Notes: generated from the sequence alone by a model not told the origin. Shown: positions 38,801 through 52,406, numbered from the whole stretch's first letter. The stretch is 63,470 bases of DNA, filler included, from Squatina squatina (GCA_031763465.1; 4 parts of 4 records of this genome joined end to end with filler, not necessarily neighbours in it), one strand, 5' to 3'. Numbers and translations: made by a program.

Positions 38801-41412
38801 ATCTAGCACATTATCACATCCTCAACACAAGAACAACAATTTACATTTATATAGTGAGACCAAAAACCCTTTTGCTCTTCCAGCACACTTCTGCTGTGTA
38901 TCCATAAGAAGTTTTTCTTTGCTACATTATTGCATATATAAAATTGCAATGGTAACTTCTGGAATTTTTTTCTGTAGATATTATCCTTTATTTTCAATAC
39001 AGTTACTTCCATCAACTGAAGTAGCAACAAATATTCAAAGGTGGTAGACAGTTTGAATATTTTATATCGGAGTATAAAATATTGTGTGTGAATGAAAGAG
39101 GATCGGCATGTGTCACAACCATTTTTGTGTCTTTGTCATTGATATACTTTAAATGATAGTTTTAGCGTGACCATTAGGACATGATAGACTTAGCAACTGC
39201 AGTGATATATGTCATTATAATAGCATTGTTTGACAGCAAGGAACAATTTCTTTGTGAAATAATGTTCGAGCAATAGATATTTATTATAAATGACATTGCA
39301 GGAAAGTTGGGTATTAAAGCTATGCTTCTTCTTAAGCAATTCAACCTTTTGCCCTGCTCCTGATGTGTCCAGGATAATAAAGAGCCATGCACTATTAATG
39401 TTGTTCAGCCAAGCTGCTACTGTGTGTTACTGAGCTTCAAGGTCTTCTGAAAATGTCTCTTTATAATGCTTCACTTTAGGATGGTTTGGAAGTGTAAAAA
39501 ACACATTTCAAGGTGCTGAATGATGTCTTTGTGTAACTCCCATGAATAAAATTTTGAAAGGTTAATGCTAATCCAAGGTTGAACTGAATTTCCATTGTTG
39601 CAAATGATGTCTATTGCACAACAATTTGCCAAAGGAAGGAAAAATCCCATTATGACGATGTTAGCAAAATAAGGCAATTATAAACATTAAATTCATGTAA
39701 GAATAAAAACAAGAGCTTGGATTTACATGTAATCGGATGTCACTTTAGTATTCTATGTAAGGCTATATTTCATTGGAGCTGGAAATCACAGGTTATAAGG
39801 GAGATTTTTCCCTTGGCAGTTGTGGTGCACGGCACAGCAGCTCTGAGAACCTATGCATTCATTTTAAGAGATGGAGAACAACGGGCTTGAGCTATGCAAT
39901 TTTCCTATATACGCTCCCGCAAGAATTGAAGTGGCAAATTTCTTTCTATTCTTTCTAATATGCTTGAAGAGAAAGGGGCTGATTTTGACTTTAGGCAGGT
40001 ATCAGGTTGCCAACTCTAGTTGGATGTATTCCTGGAGGCTTCATCACATGACCTGCCACCTCAAACCGTCTCACCCCCACACTCCTGCCATTGCTTGGTC
40101 CTCTGTGTGCACTGCCNNNNNNNNNNNNNNNNNNNNNNNNNNNNNNNNNNNNNNNNNNNNNNNNNNNNNNNNNNNNNNNNNNNNNNNNNNNNNNNNNNNN
40201 NNNNNNNNNNNNNNNNCTGCGCCACCTATCTCCATGCCCGCCCCCCAGACCAATTTCACTCGGTTAGCTTTGTGGCCATTTCCAGCGGCCGTTAACTGCA
40301 GTTGCCGGTGACACGAGCAACTTTGCTGGCGAACACAAATTTTTCCCCCACGAGTTGTATCCTGTCTCTCAACAGTATGATACAAGCTGAATCTCCCAAG
40401 AACTGGCACCTTTAGATCAAATTCTTATCTTGGATACAGTATGCACATATATTAATGGAATTAAACCAATACATCAGTTTTAAAGATAGTACCCAGACAG
40501 TGGGTATAAGACTTGCAGAATAGATCAACAACTGTTTGTATTTTGAGCATCATTATTACTGTTAAGCATTTTACATTCATAAATATTTATGTAAATATAT
40601 ATATATATATAACGATGCAAAGCCTTGCCCGGCTTGCCTAAACAATCACTGCAGCTGCCAGAAACTCTTTGTTTAGGGTTGACCAGTTAGTTGGGAGTGT
40701 AGTGTGCAGTTCAGAGAGCAGCCTGGAGTGTGCCAGAGGCAGACAACATTTCTGTTTAGAGTGCCTGCTGCCAACTGAGCTATAAATTTCACCCGAGGTA
40801 TGTTCACCTCATATAACTTCCTACAGAAAAAACAGCTTACCGAGTTTAAAAATACACCATCAAAATTTCATAGAGTCACAAATCATAGAAATTTAGGGCA
40901 GAGAAGGAGGCCATTCAGCCCATCATGTTTGTGCTGGAAATTTGCAGTTTCTTGCACAAAACCACAGGATCATAACTATAGTTATTCAATCTTTTGAATA
41001 AATTGCAACCCTACTGCAACTGTGGCCCTCTCGATATGCTGAAGATCCACTAATGCCTAGGATCTTAAAACACAAACGTTTCATTTTTGCCTTCCCTGCG
41101 TAGCCTTTCTCCAAATTTGACTTCATATGGGTGAGAGGCGGAGATGATAGGTGTCTATATTAAGATTCCCCTCCCAGTGCTAACATAGGTATATGAAAAC
41201 TATCATAGACTCANNNNNNNNNNNNNNNNNNNNNNNNNNNNNNNNNNNNNNNNNNNNNNNNNNNNNNNNNNNNNNNNNNNNNNNNNNNNNNNNNNNNNNN
41301 NNNNNNNNNNNNNAGTAGCACTGCTGCTAATTCCATTAGTTTCTGTTTCTAAGTCCAACTGAGTTGCAATTTTACCAGCATGAGGCATGTACTTCACCAA
41401 TTGAAAGCAATC

Positions 41413-42159
41413 GGCCCGGAATTTGCAGTTGTAATGATGGCGAAACTGTCAGCGTCACCAGCATTACCGTGTAAAACCGACAGCAACGTTTGGCGTCTGC
41501 ACGTATACAGTTAATGGCAAAATCTACAAGTTGCTGTCAGTGATACCCTGCTCTTCCACAGGGAGCGCTGTTGCAGTCTTCACAGGTTCAATCAACGTAG
41601 AATCGGTGAGATGACATGAACTTCAACTTTTCACGCATTATTCTCATTGTAAAAATGATTGAAAATATTAAGCCTTGTTGAATGAGGTGTAACTGAGTTT
41701 TTAATGGCATACTAAGTCAGAATTACTGCCGAACAACCCCTCTGGGATGAAAAACTAATATTATAAGTGTGGTAACCATTCTATAGATTTTTAATATAAT
41801 AAAAGGTAATTTTTATTTTATTTATTAAAGTTTGCTTATGATATTTCAACTTCTATCTCTATCCCATGTGTATGCCCCAATCTTTATTTTGCTTTCTGTA
41901 AAATGATTAAAAAGTGAGTGATAATCAGTGATTTACACTTCCTGGTTTGCTGTCTGTGCAAATTCTTCAATCTGATTGGCTGCTCAGCCTGCTTGATGAC
42001 TTCACTGTTCCTGGATGCCAAAGATCCCTTATGCCAGATTGAAGTGGACAATGGAATAAGGGAAATCAATGCCACACAGACCACTAAATCTTTGCAGGAA
42101 GTTTACTGCAAGGTCAGCAGCAAGTGCCATTCCTGTGCCACTGACTGCAAAATCTGGCC
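41413..42159. mobile_element. Apparently complete non-autonomous DNA transposon (MITE-like, about 750 bp)
   Basis: Terminal inverted repeats GGCCCGGAATTTGCAGT ... ACTGCAAAATCTGGCC, AT-rich centre, right arm homologous to 10577-10910. No clean target-site duplication. Confidence 0.7.
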
Positions 42160-42321
42160 AATTGCATATAGCTCAAAATGTTTTTTTTAAGTTATGAAGA
42201 CAGCCATATTATGAGGACTGANNNNNNNNNNNNNNNNNNNNNNNNNNNNNNNNNNNNNNNNNNNNNNNNNNNNNNNNNNNNNNNNNNNNNNNNNNNNNNN
42301 NNNNNNNNNNNNNNNNNNNNN

Positions 42322-42485
42322 GAAAGGCCCTACTAGAAACAATGATGGAAGCAGAACCCATAACTGCTTTTAAAAGGAACTGGATAAATTTGAAAACATA
42401 TGGGGAAAGGGTCTAAGTGGAGAGCTCTTTCAACAATTTAGCACAGGCATGATGGACCAAATATTCGCCTTTGGTGCCATAGTTC
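42322..42485 (+). mobile_element. Degenerate CR1-type 3' end
   Basis: gcttttaaaaggaactggataa...gctctttcaac...gcacaggcatgatggaccaaat. Confidence 0.5.
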
Positions 42486-45400
42486 CTGCTACTGGATATT
42501 TCCAAATAAAGGCTACCATTCATGGTGACAATTAGTTAGCACAAACATCCCTTACAGAAAATAATATTCTGTCCTAATCGTTAATTAACAGCAATATACA
42601 AACTTGACAGTTTCAGATTTCCTCACTTAATTTTACATTTGATTTGGGCAACATATTCTGTCTCTCACTTTACCTGGTAGGTGGACTACTAAAAACACAT
42701 GTTCAACTTCTTAATGCAACCAAGAGATTTGTTCTCTTGTAACACAGAATGGTTTCCATTATGTGACAAACTCTAAAATACTATTTTGTAAAATGATCAT
42801 GACAGCTATTATAAAAAAAAGATGGGAAAATATAAAAACACATAAATCTTTTGTTGATTATTGTCTTTTCCTGAACAAGATGCAGAAATGCCTCAGTAAT
42901 CTTTAGATTGTTAATCTGATGCCTTGCATGCCCAATACTTTGATAACCCAATTACAGCATCATGAAAGTGTGAGATTTATTNNNNNNNNNNNNNNNNNNN
43001 NNNNNNNNNNNNNNNNNNNNNNNNNNNNNNNNNNNNNNNNNNNNNNNNNNNNNNNNNNNNNNNNNNNNNNNNNNNNNNNNNTCCTCAAGGGCTGGATGAT
43101 TTACAAAGCATCACCATTTACCCCTTTCAATGTGGATAAAAGACAGCCTAAAATTAGGGTAAACAGTAATTTAAAACAAATGAACAGGTCAAGATATTAC
43201 CTGCAGGCTTTCATTGCTGGCTTGATCACCATAATCTTGACCAGGAATTTTGATGAAATTTGGTTTCAGTTCTTCTATACACTGGAGCTCTAATTAGTCA
43301 CCCATTAGCAGAGCTGTAGATATGCTTTGGTTTGCTGAATTGGTAGAAATACATAGGTGAAAGCTGTGATATCCTCTACTTGTTAAATCAATGCTATGTC
43401 AAAACAACTCCAGTGCTGTTTGTATGCAAGTGAAGTAATTGCTCCCTATGTACATGTCCTTTTGGAAATGTATAGTAGGTACATAGTTGAGCATGACAAG
43501 AGGGAATACATTACAGGATGTTCTAAAAGCACCTGTGGGAGCCACAGAGTTCTCTGATGTTCTGAATTCAAAAGACTAATGGCATCTGCATTATGCAGAT
43601 AGAATCGTTTTTTGCATAAACTGTCAAGCCTGCATTCTTTGTATTTTTATCTTATTACAAAAAATTGCCATAGTTCAAAGCAAAAAACGGTTTGCTATGA
43701 TTCTTAATAACTAGAAACACATATTGAAGAAGGGCTCATTTTAAGAGTTTCTGTAGCTGTTACTGTATTTATTATAATGGATAAGAACAAGGTGTTTAAC
43801 AGCCATTGACACATTACATCTTGTCTCATTTTTTTCAAACATCTTCCACATTTCATCCAAATTTGATTTTGAGCACTCAGTGTTAGAAAAGTTGATTGTG
43901 CTTTAGCAGTGGAGGTGTTAACTAATACAGTGTGGTCTATTATTGAATAATTATGTCAACCTTTTTTGCAAGTTCTTCTGTCCCCTCCATTTGTGTCATT
44001 TGCTCCCAGGTATGGAGTCTGAGCGATGGGATATTGGCCACATCGCCATTTCCACGGGTGTGATCCTGCTTTGGCCACTAGAAGGTGCAGTGGGGAAATA
44101 NNNNNNNNNNNNNNNNNNNNNNNNNNNNNNNNNNNNNNNNNNNNNNNNNNNNNNNNNNNNNNNNNNNNNNNNNNNNNNNNNNNNNNNNNNNNNNNNNNNN
44201 CTTTAATTTCCCTCCCCTCCCCTCCCCTGCCCAATCCTCTCTTGCCCATCGGGGGGGTTAATATCGAGGCCGTTAGATTTTCCACGTTTCTACGACCTCA
44301 ATAATATTTTTGTGGGACCTTAAGGAGCCTGAAGCACAACAGATTAGCAGGATCACCATGCCACAGACAGGTCATGGTGGCATCATGAAATGCAAAGTGC
44401 AGTGGATGCTGCACAGGCCTCAGTGATGAGGAGCAATTGGACCCAACGCACTTGCAAAGCTACATAAACCAACTTTATATTATCGATTCCACATGTCCTG
44501 AAGCACTGGCATAAATCACACATCTATTTTGTGCCATGTTGGAAATTTTAGATGTACTCATAAAAGAGAAAAGAATAGGGCAGGACTGACAGAAAGGGAT
44601 TTGATCACTGCTCTGGTAATTAAACATAGCAATGGCAAAATCAGTGTTATATCAGTACAAGTACAGTAATTGTGCTATAATTCTGACTACTGAGCCATAG
44701 ATTAATTTTTCACAACTGCGGTGATAAGTTTTCACACAATACTAAGATGACTTTCTTCATTTAAAGAGTATGGTGTATTCTACTTCAGAATATTCAACAC
44801 CATAAATTTATTTTTAAATACAAATTTTGTGATAGGAAATCTATAACTGCACAAAACATTGAGTACTCAAATGACTCGTATGGGTAAAATATCTCATACC
44901 TTCACAGAAGGTTTGTCATCCTATGTTGGAGGATACCATTCAGCACTGTACTGAAATAAAAACAAATTATTTTCAAAATGGTAAAAATAAAGTGGTCAAA
45001 ATCAAATGTATTGTGGTGGCACAATACATTGGGGCTTTGACAATGTAAAACAAAGTGGTAGAAGGCAGATTTGGCCTCGTTACACCCAACGCACTGAATT
45101 ACTGATTTTTATCTCTGCTGTTCGGGGGAAGCTAGCATCTGGAGATTGGATGCATCCCTGCAGGGAGGGAGGAAAAATATTTGCTGATGGAAAACATGGA
45201 GCTAGTAGGTGGGAGACCTAAATGGGGAAGAATGTCTGCAGACACTATTGTAGTCAATGCCTACAACTTCTCAGTTTACTTCAGAAAACTATTTTGTTTA
45301 AGGATAAAAATATTTTCTCATGGCTGTCTGACATCTGTCAAACTAAATTCATCTGTCCCTTCTGCTTGGTACAGATTAGAAATCAGTGAAGCTGCATGCT

Positions 45401-48400
45401 GGAAATTAGATCTGGTTCAAAGCAAGTGGGTTGGGTGTAAAATCCAGGCATGTCTGCCTTGTTTTGCAAGTATGTATTTGTGGGTTCCTGGAGATTTTTC
45501 CTTTTATCAGAATCTGGGAAATACTTGTGCCCGCAGGCACCCACACCATGATTTTACACCAGATTGGTTTTGCTTGGTTTCAGGTTGCTTGCATCCTAAC
45601 AAAAAAAAATCAACAGAAATAGAGATTTAAGCCCTTTAGGCATCTGTACCACACTGAATGTCAGTTTGATTNNNNNNNNNNNNNNNNNNNNNNNNNNNNN
45701 NNNNNNNNNNNNNNNNNNNNNNNNNNNNNNNNNNNNNNNNNNNNNNNNNNNNNNNNNNNNNNNNNNNNNNNCTAAAAAGGAAAAGAGTCATGCTACAAAT
45801 AGAACTGAGAATGCATCAAAAGGACTCACTCGGAGACCCACAATATATACAGGACTGTCCTCGGGGCATGCTGTTACATTACATTTTCCTGGAACTGTTA
45901 GGTTTCATTGATGTCTTATATTACAGTAGAGGTTTTACAGTTGATTATTATGAAAGTTATATTTCCCCTTTTTAAAATAGTTTTTATTTAAATCTTCAAT
46001 GGGTTATTCAATACCAAAGTGGGACAAGAATGCTGAAATGAGTACTTGCATTGGTTACGAATGTAAAGGCAACTTGTTTTTGGATATTATAAAGCAGAAC
46101 AAAAGAGCATTCAGAATTTGTATAAATTTGTGATTTGCCAGGGTCTGCTGGAAAAGTGGTTCACCCAAACATAAATTCTCATTAGTATAGTATGTTGCTG
46201 ACCCAGAATATGAAGAAATAAAGCATTATTAAATAGTGAATTGTAAGTTAATAATTAAGTTATGTTGGCGCTAGTTCTGGGAGTCGTGAATAATTTAAGC
46301 AGTAGCCAAATGAACTTCATTTGGGTTTTGCTTTGTTTAGGACTTGTACAGTTTTGAAAACCTTATGAATAATTAAAGTTTTGAAATCAAAAATAAAGCT
46401 GTAAAGGTTAAATTTGCCTTTAGATCTTCCTAATAGATATTATGGTTGTTTATATATTGCTATGATAAACAGCACTACCACAGTTGCTCCAGAAATGGAA
46501 GACATCATAATGTTTGAAACCATTTCACAACTGCTGTCAGAGAAAGCAAAATTTCTGTGTGCATAAAATATTTCTTATTTGATCAGAAAATGACGGATTA
46601 GAATATTTTTACTGCTTTGTCATCGTTTGTGATTTTCTTTATTTAAGCTATGTTTGTTATGAGTGAACTTTCAATAGCTTTGGCATAATCCTGGCTTATT
46701 AGTTAATTGCTTTCTATATAATGAATGTGGAATTTTAAACATGATATGAAATAACGNNNNNNNNNNNNNNNNNNNNNNNNNNNNNNNNNNNNNNNNNNNN
46801 NNNNNNNNNNNNNNNNNNNNNNNNNNNNNNNNNNNNNNNNNNNNNNNNNNNNNNNNTATCTATGGCATGCTGCTTTTACATAAAGGTCTATTATTTATCC
46901 AAAGTACATGACCATAGAATTGGCACTGATGAAGTTTTATTTTCTCTATCATAGAAGGTTCTTTACATTAACTTATCACCTTTTCAACTACACACTTCTG
47001 TTTCACAATGCTTATACAAGGTTACATAGTACACTATTATAAGCTTTCAGATATTAGGAAATTTATAAGATATGTTCATTGTGCTCATTGCACATTTTAG
47101 TTGAATTCTGCATTAAAATACCTCACAAGAGGAGAGAAAAGCATTGTAAAACAGAAGTGTGTAATGAAGGTAATAAAACAAAGGTTGAACCTCGGAGGTA
47201 TTCAGAAAAGATAAAGAAGGTATAACAGTAATACTAGTGATAATGATGGATTTACACCTAAAATGCAAAACCCATCTTTTCGCTTTGCAAATGATGACAG
47301 ACCTGCAGTATATTTCCTGTTTTTATTTCTACTTGTAGCATTTGGGGTGGTGGGGGTTATCGCTAGGCTGCCAGTAATTGGAGCACTGAATAATAGTTCC
47401 AATACCTTCACATCACTTCTATGAACATTGTTTTACACAGTTTACAGAATTTTCACAGTAGATTAAACTTCAGGATGCCAACCCAAAGTACCTTTTTTTT
47501 CCAGAAGCATTTTGATACATTTGAATGCCATGTCTTTCATCCAGAAAGCCCATCCTTACTTGAAAATGACAGCATTCGAAAGTTTGGGCTGCAGTCACTG
47601 CATGTTACTGCAGTGCAATGGATTCAGCCATCTGCTTTCCTTAGATTTCAGATGAGAATAGAAGTATCTATCTTACTTTAACAAAATATCAGAATACATT
47701 TTTAGCCTTTTGTTTTGCTTGCAATGTCATTGATCTATAGAGCAAATGGCAGAGTTCCATCAAAGCAACAATCTTTGATTGCACTAGCTGTCTCAGCCCA
47801 TTGGAGCTAATCTGTTATATCACAGGCTTCTAGAAATGTCACAACAGAAAAAAAGCACAAACCAGCATATGTCAGCTTTCCTGTCAGATGAACAGTGGCT
47901 CTGAATCAGGGTCACACTGGCACTCTTCATCCATCATGCTTGACTGGTACACAAGGCCTGTTTGAGGGCAAAAATAGGATGAAAGTCCCTTTAAGCCATT
48001 GCTAACAACGGCATCAGCTGGTGGCATTATTGAACGGATTAATATGGTCCAGTTGATTTGCACTGCTCTTTAGGATGCCTTTGGAACCTGTTTGCTACAC
48101 TGATAGGACAGTGGTCCAAAATTAGAATCACAAAAAGCCAGCTTTGCCAGAAACAGTAATCACATTCTCTTTTTTTCATAAATAAACATTAATTACAGCC
48201 TGAGCATTTTGAGGAAGAAATAATATATTTTACTGGTAAGTCCTACCTCATTCATCAACTCTATAATATTGAGGGGGGAGGAATGGTTTGATCCAAATAA
48301 AAAACTGCTGCAGAAAACAATCAATTTACCACCACTTACAATCTGTAAAGTGGAGGATAGTGGATAGCTGGGAGTCACAAGGTTATAATCTAATCAAGGT

Positions 48401-48609
48401 ATTCAGATGATGCACAAATTGTGGGGCTGAAGCTCGTGCAGTTTATAAATGTCATCTGAAGCCCAAGTTTAGAGTATAGCCTTAAATATTACTCCCTGCT
48501 GCTTGGTAGNNNNNNNNNNNNNNNNNNNNNNNNNNNNNNNNNNNNNNNNNNNNNNNNNNNNNNNNNNNNNNNNNNNNNNNNNNNNNNNNNNNNNNNNNNN
48601 NNNNNNNNN

Positions 48610-48850
48610 GGTCGATGACCCTTTGTCAGAACTGAAAAAAGTCAGAAATACAGCAAGTTTTAAAGCACTGACAGGCAAAGGGGTGGCGGGGTGGGAGGAG
48701 AGAGGATTGGACAAAGGGTAACATAATAGTGTGATTGTCTGGAAGGCAGAAGAGATTAAGAAATGTTGCAAGGCAATCAGATGTGATAATGGCAACATAG
48801 ATGTAAATGGGAGAAAAACAAAGAGAGAGAAAAAAAAAACCAAAAGCACA
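48610..48850 (-). mobile_element. Penelope-like element fragment
   Basis: ggtcgatgaccctttgtcagaactgaaaaaagtcag...ggaaggcagaagagattaa is colinear with 9742-9900. Confidence 0.6.
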
Positions 48851-49684
48851 CAGAAGCAGCCATGAAGGTAGGGAAAATAGAGTTAATTTAAAAAGGTGAA
48901 AAGAAAGAAAATTGGAGAAAATTATGTGGGGAATGCCTGAGGCTTCTGCTGCCCTAATCTCATTTACACGTGCAAAAAGGTTTCCATTGAAGTTGCTGCA
49001 GAGGAAATTCACTCTCATTCTGTTTAGTGACACCACAGCCATTCACTACAGAATTAGCTATTTCTACAGAGTGAACCATCAGAGAAGCTGGCATCTCTGA
49101 AGCACAAGTCTTTTGGTGCTGGCTCTTCCCTGCAAGTAATCTTCCCAGAATGTCTGGAAAATTATGTTGCTGCCCTTTGAAGAGCTGAGCATAATATTTT
49201 CCATCGCAGTGCACCGAGCTCGTTTTGTGCATGGAATGTTGGTCTTAAGCAGGATTTAATTGTCACAGGCTTGATTTGTAATAGTAAAAACATTATCCAT
49301 GGTCAGACAGTATATTCTGGATATGTAATTTAAGACCACCAGTCTGTGTAAGTTCCAGTTAATACCGATGCCTACCATGGAGACTTGCTGTGTTTGTGAA
49401 AGGATGTATTCTGCTGAATAACTGAGACACAGTATGATGAAAATAGCTGGTAGCTAAGAGAATCTCTCAATACACGATGTGCATTTGGTTTGATGTTGGA
49501 TTCTTACTTTCTTTCATTTTAAATGAATGCCTTTGCATTTCTTCAGGCTCTTCATAGCCAATGGAAATCAAGACCTTAATATCCACTATAAAGTCTGCAA
49601 AAACACAACTACAGCAAGCTCGTTAATGTGCTGTAGAGTTTTGTTTGCCTGCAAATCTGGATAAATGGTATTTAGTAATGTTTC

Positions 49685-49784
49685 NNNNNNNNNNNNNNNN
49701 NNNNNNNNNNNNNNNNNNNNNNNNNNNNTTAATTAATTAANNNNNNNNNNNNNNNNNNNNNNNNNNNNNNNNNNNNNNNNNNNN
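49685..49784. other. Artificial scaffold-concatenation linker
   Basis: 44 N + TTAATTAATTAA (49729-49740) + 44 N. Confidence 0.95.
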
Positions 49785-50450
49785 CCGCATTCGGGGCCGC
49801 ACAGCCGGGGGTGTGCACAGCGAGCCTCAGGGATGCGGCTTTGGTGACTTTGCACCATTCCGGGTCAGTGTAACGTGGCAACGCTAAACCAGTGTTGCTT
49901 TGGCACTGATCCAGCGGTGACCCGGCCAATGCCGCGTCAATGCCAGGTTGCGCCGGCAGCGTGGCATGAGCCGACACTTGAGAGACTGACAAGGATGTGG
50001 GTTCAGAGCAGAATTCCAAACCACTGTCAATCAGGGCCATTTTGACAGCAGGCCCGCCTCCAAACTCACACTCGCAGGGCTGGCAAGATTCCTGCCATAT
50101 AGTGCATTTCATGTCCTCAGGATGCTGCAAAGCACTTCACATCCAATGAACTACTTTTAAGTGCAGTCATCTGTTTTGTAGGCAAACACAAGAGCCAGTG
50201 CTATAAATGAGTATTTAAATAATTCTGGTACTATACAGGAGCAGACAGCATGGCTTTCGAAGTAATAGGTCATGTCCGACAAGCCTATTGTAACTAAGAT
50301 GGTGAATGAGGTAATAATTTCCTGAGGAAACAGCCAGCTTCTTGTTCATATTAATATCCATCAAGTTACAGCATTTCATAGGTTCTGCATTTTGCATTCT
50401 ATCTGCAAGAAATTATTTAAGCCCAATGCTAAAAGGGTCAGTTCACTCAC

Positions 50451-50544
50451 AAAACACGTATGTTGCAAAACTGTCGTCAGCATGCCGTACTTGCATTGCA
50501 CAACTCCAGAAGAAACCCTCATAGTGAAAAGTCTTCATAGATGC
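50451..50544 (-). CDS. TMEM182-like paralog (copy B), exon 2 (94 nt)
   Basis: tttctcctcag|GCA...TTTT|gtgagt. ASMKTFHYEGFFWSCAMQVRHADDSFATYVF matches the TMEM182 motif TFHHEGFFWRC. Phase 0 start joins the 52140-52295 exon in frame. Not in the ORF track. Confidence 0.85.
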
Positions 50545-52139
50545 CTGAGGAGAAACAACTACAACTTCACTTAAGATAATAAAAAATATATATTAAGCAA
50601 TGGAAGTTGAATTTTCTTGAACTACTTTTCCATTCTTAATTTAGTGTAAATATTTTTTCACTTGATTATCTATTGAATTAAAATAAAAAGGTACATAAGG
50701 TTAAAATAAATCTACAATTGAACAGAAAACCTCTGTTAAAAAAGTGAGGGAATGTAATATCTTCTATTTTGGCAACTCAGCATCGTCAAGCATTGCAAAG
50801 GTCAGGTGTGGCACAGGCTGAAAAAAAAAGGATAGCTCCCTCTCGTATGCCCAACAATATGCCTTAAGCACCAACTTTAGATGAAAACTGGAGCAGTGAG
50901 AACAGTTGCGGTTGCCCCAGCAACCTCTCCGAGTTTTATGGCTAATTTGTGCTGTGGACCCATGCCCAATGAGAAGTGGTTTAACACTAAGCAAACTCAT
51001 TTCATATATAATTCTTATCAATCAGCTGAAAAGAGACTCTGAAATAATCCCAGCAGTTTAAGCTAAACNNNNNNNNNNNNNNNNNNNNNNNNNNNNNNNN
51101 NNNNNNNNNNNNNNNNNNNNNNNNNNNNNNNNNNNNNNNNNNNNNNNNNNNNNNNNNNNNNNNNNNNNCAGCAATTTTTGTTTGTATTCTAGATTCCAGC
51201 ATCCGCAGTATTTCGCTTTTGTGTTCCACACTAGGTGGTTGACTCTAATGCCCTCTGAGTAGGATTCTTGTAACATCGTCTACTGCACTTTCATACCAGT
51301 TTTTTGCACTTTCATTTCTACCTCACTTACCCCACCACCACTTCAGTATTCATATATTCGCAATATCTCATCAATGCTTTTTTAAAAATTTCTCTCATTA
51401 TGCCTCCTACAGTCTTGTTAGTATTAATTTGGCCATTTAACCATCTCTTGTTTTCACTGAAGCATTTTATAGGTCATTCTATTTCTTCCTGTGTGCATTT
51501 TTTCCTTCCCTTTGGCTTGCTCATTTGTAATATCTTCCAGTTCTGAAACGTTACCAAACCTATTCCCCCCACAGATGTTCCCTGATTTGCTAAGTGCTTC
51601 CAGGACGTTTCTGTGGGGTTTTTTTTTGCAAGACAATCAATTTGTTTTTCAATTATTAACACTCATGTGGCAGCAAGCGAACACTGTTTAACATTAAAAG
51701 TTTATCGCTTCTTCCAGTTGATTTAATGGGCGGTGGGCAGACCAGGAGATGTGAGGCGACAGCTGAAGAAAATCAGTGACTGGAAGAAGCTGCTTCAGCA
51801 CAAAGTGCTCAGTGACCTGAGAAGGAAGCATTGATAGCAGGGATGGATCATCCGCCACAACTCGAGGCTTGGCTGCGCATCTCGCAGGGAGTGACGCAAT
51901 TGGAAACTTAAACTAGCATTGGGACAACTCTGATTTGTTGAACAGAATCTACAGCTAAACAACTGTAAACGAAGGACTGATTTCCATTTTTTTCTTTTGG
52001 TTTGTTTCTTTGTTGTTTCGACTGAAAATCTGAATCTAGCGATCCTAAATACAAATGTTTAGCTTTTAGCTTTAGGCATTTTTTTTCCGCACAAGTTACG
52101 CGTGTTACAAATCGAACCGAGAAATTGTAACTCACTGAC

Positions 52140-52295
52140 CTGTCCGAAATCCCGCTCTGTGCTATTTTTTGGTTGAGTACAAGTCTGGGTAGCCAGCAGC
52201 CAACAATTGGTGCAGAAAGTCAACAGGGAAAAAGTAACCCCCAGAGTACTAAATAATCTGGCGACAGCTGCAATTTTTGACTTTGAGGTTCTCAT
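52140..52295 (-). CDS. TMEM182-like paralog (copy B), first coding exon (156 nt)
   Basis: ATG at 52295, CAG|gtcagt donor. MRTSKSKIAAVARLFSTLGVTFSLLTFCTNCWLLATQTCTQPKNSTERDFGQ aligns with copy A exon 1 ([16 protein letters not shown]...NRT), same phase 0 intron. Confidence 0.82.
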
Positions 52296-52396
52296 GACTT
52301 TCCGGGGGGGTTGAAGAAAACAAGCGAGAGTCTCCACACAGTCTTTGCTCCCAGTGAAGAGTGACAGTAACTGAATGGATCTTTGCCTAGCCCTGC

Positions 52397-52406
52397 CTAT
52401 TTTTAG
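52397..52406 (-). promoter_or_regulatory. MEF2 consensus site CTAAAAATAG upstream of copy B
   Basis: ctatttttag on the plus strand is a perfect CTA(A/T)4TAG, about 100 nt 5' of the copy B ATG. Confidence 0.5.

Noticed and set aside
44071-44092. CTCF-like TGGCCACTAGAAGGTGCAG
   Set aside because: Two mismatches in the core and no independent support.
49729-50130. 133-aa GC-rich ORF on the minus strand
   Set aside because: No family motif I recognise, it begins in a SINE/L2-like tail and ends in the linker. It is not TMEM182-like exon 3.
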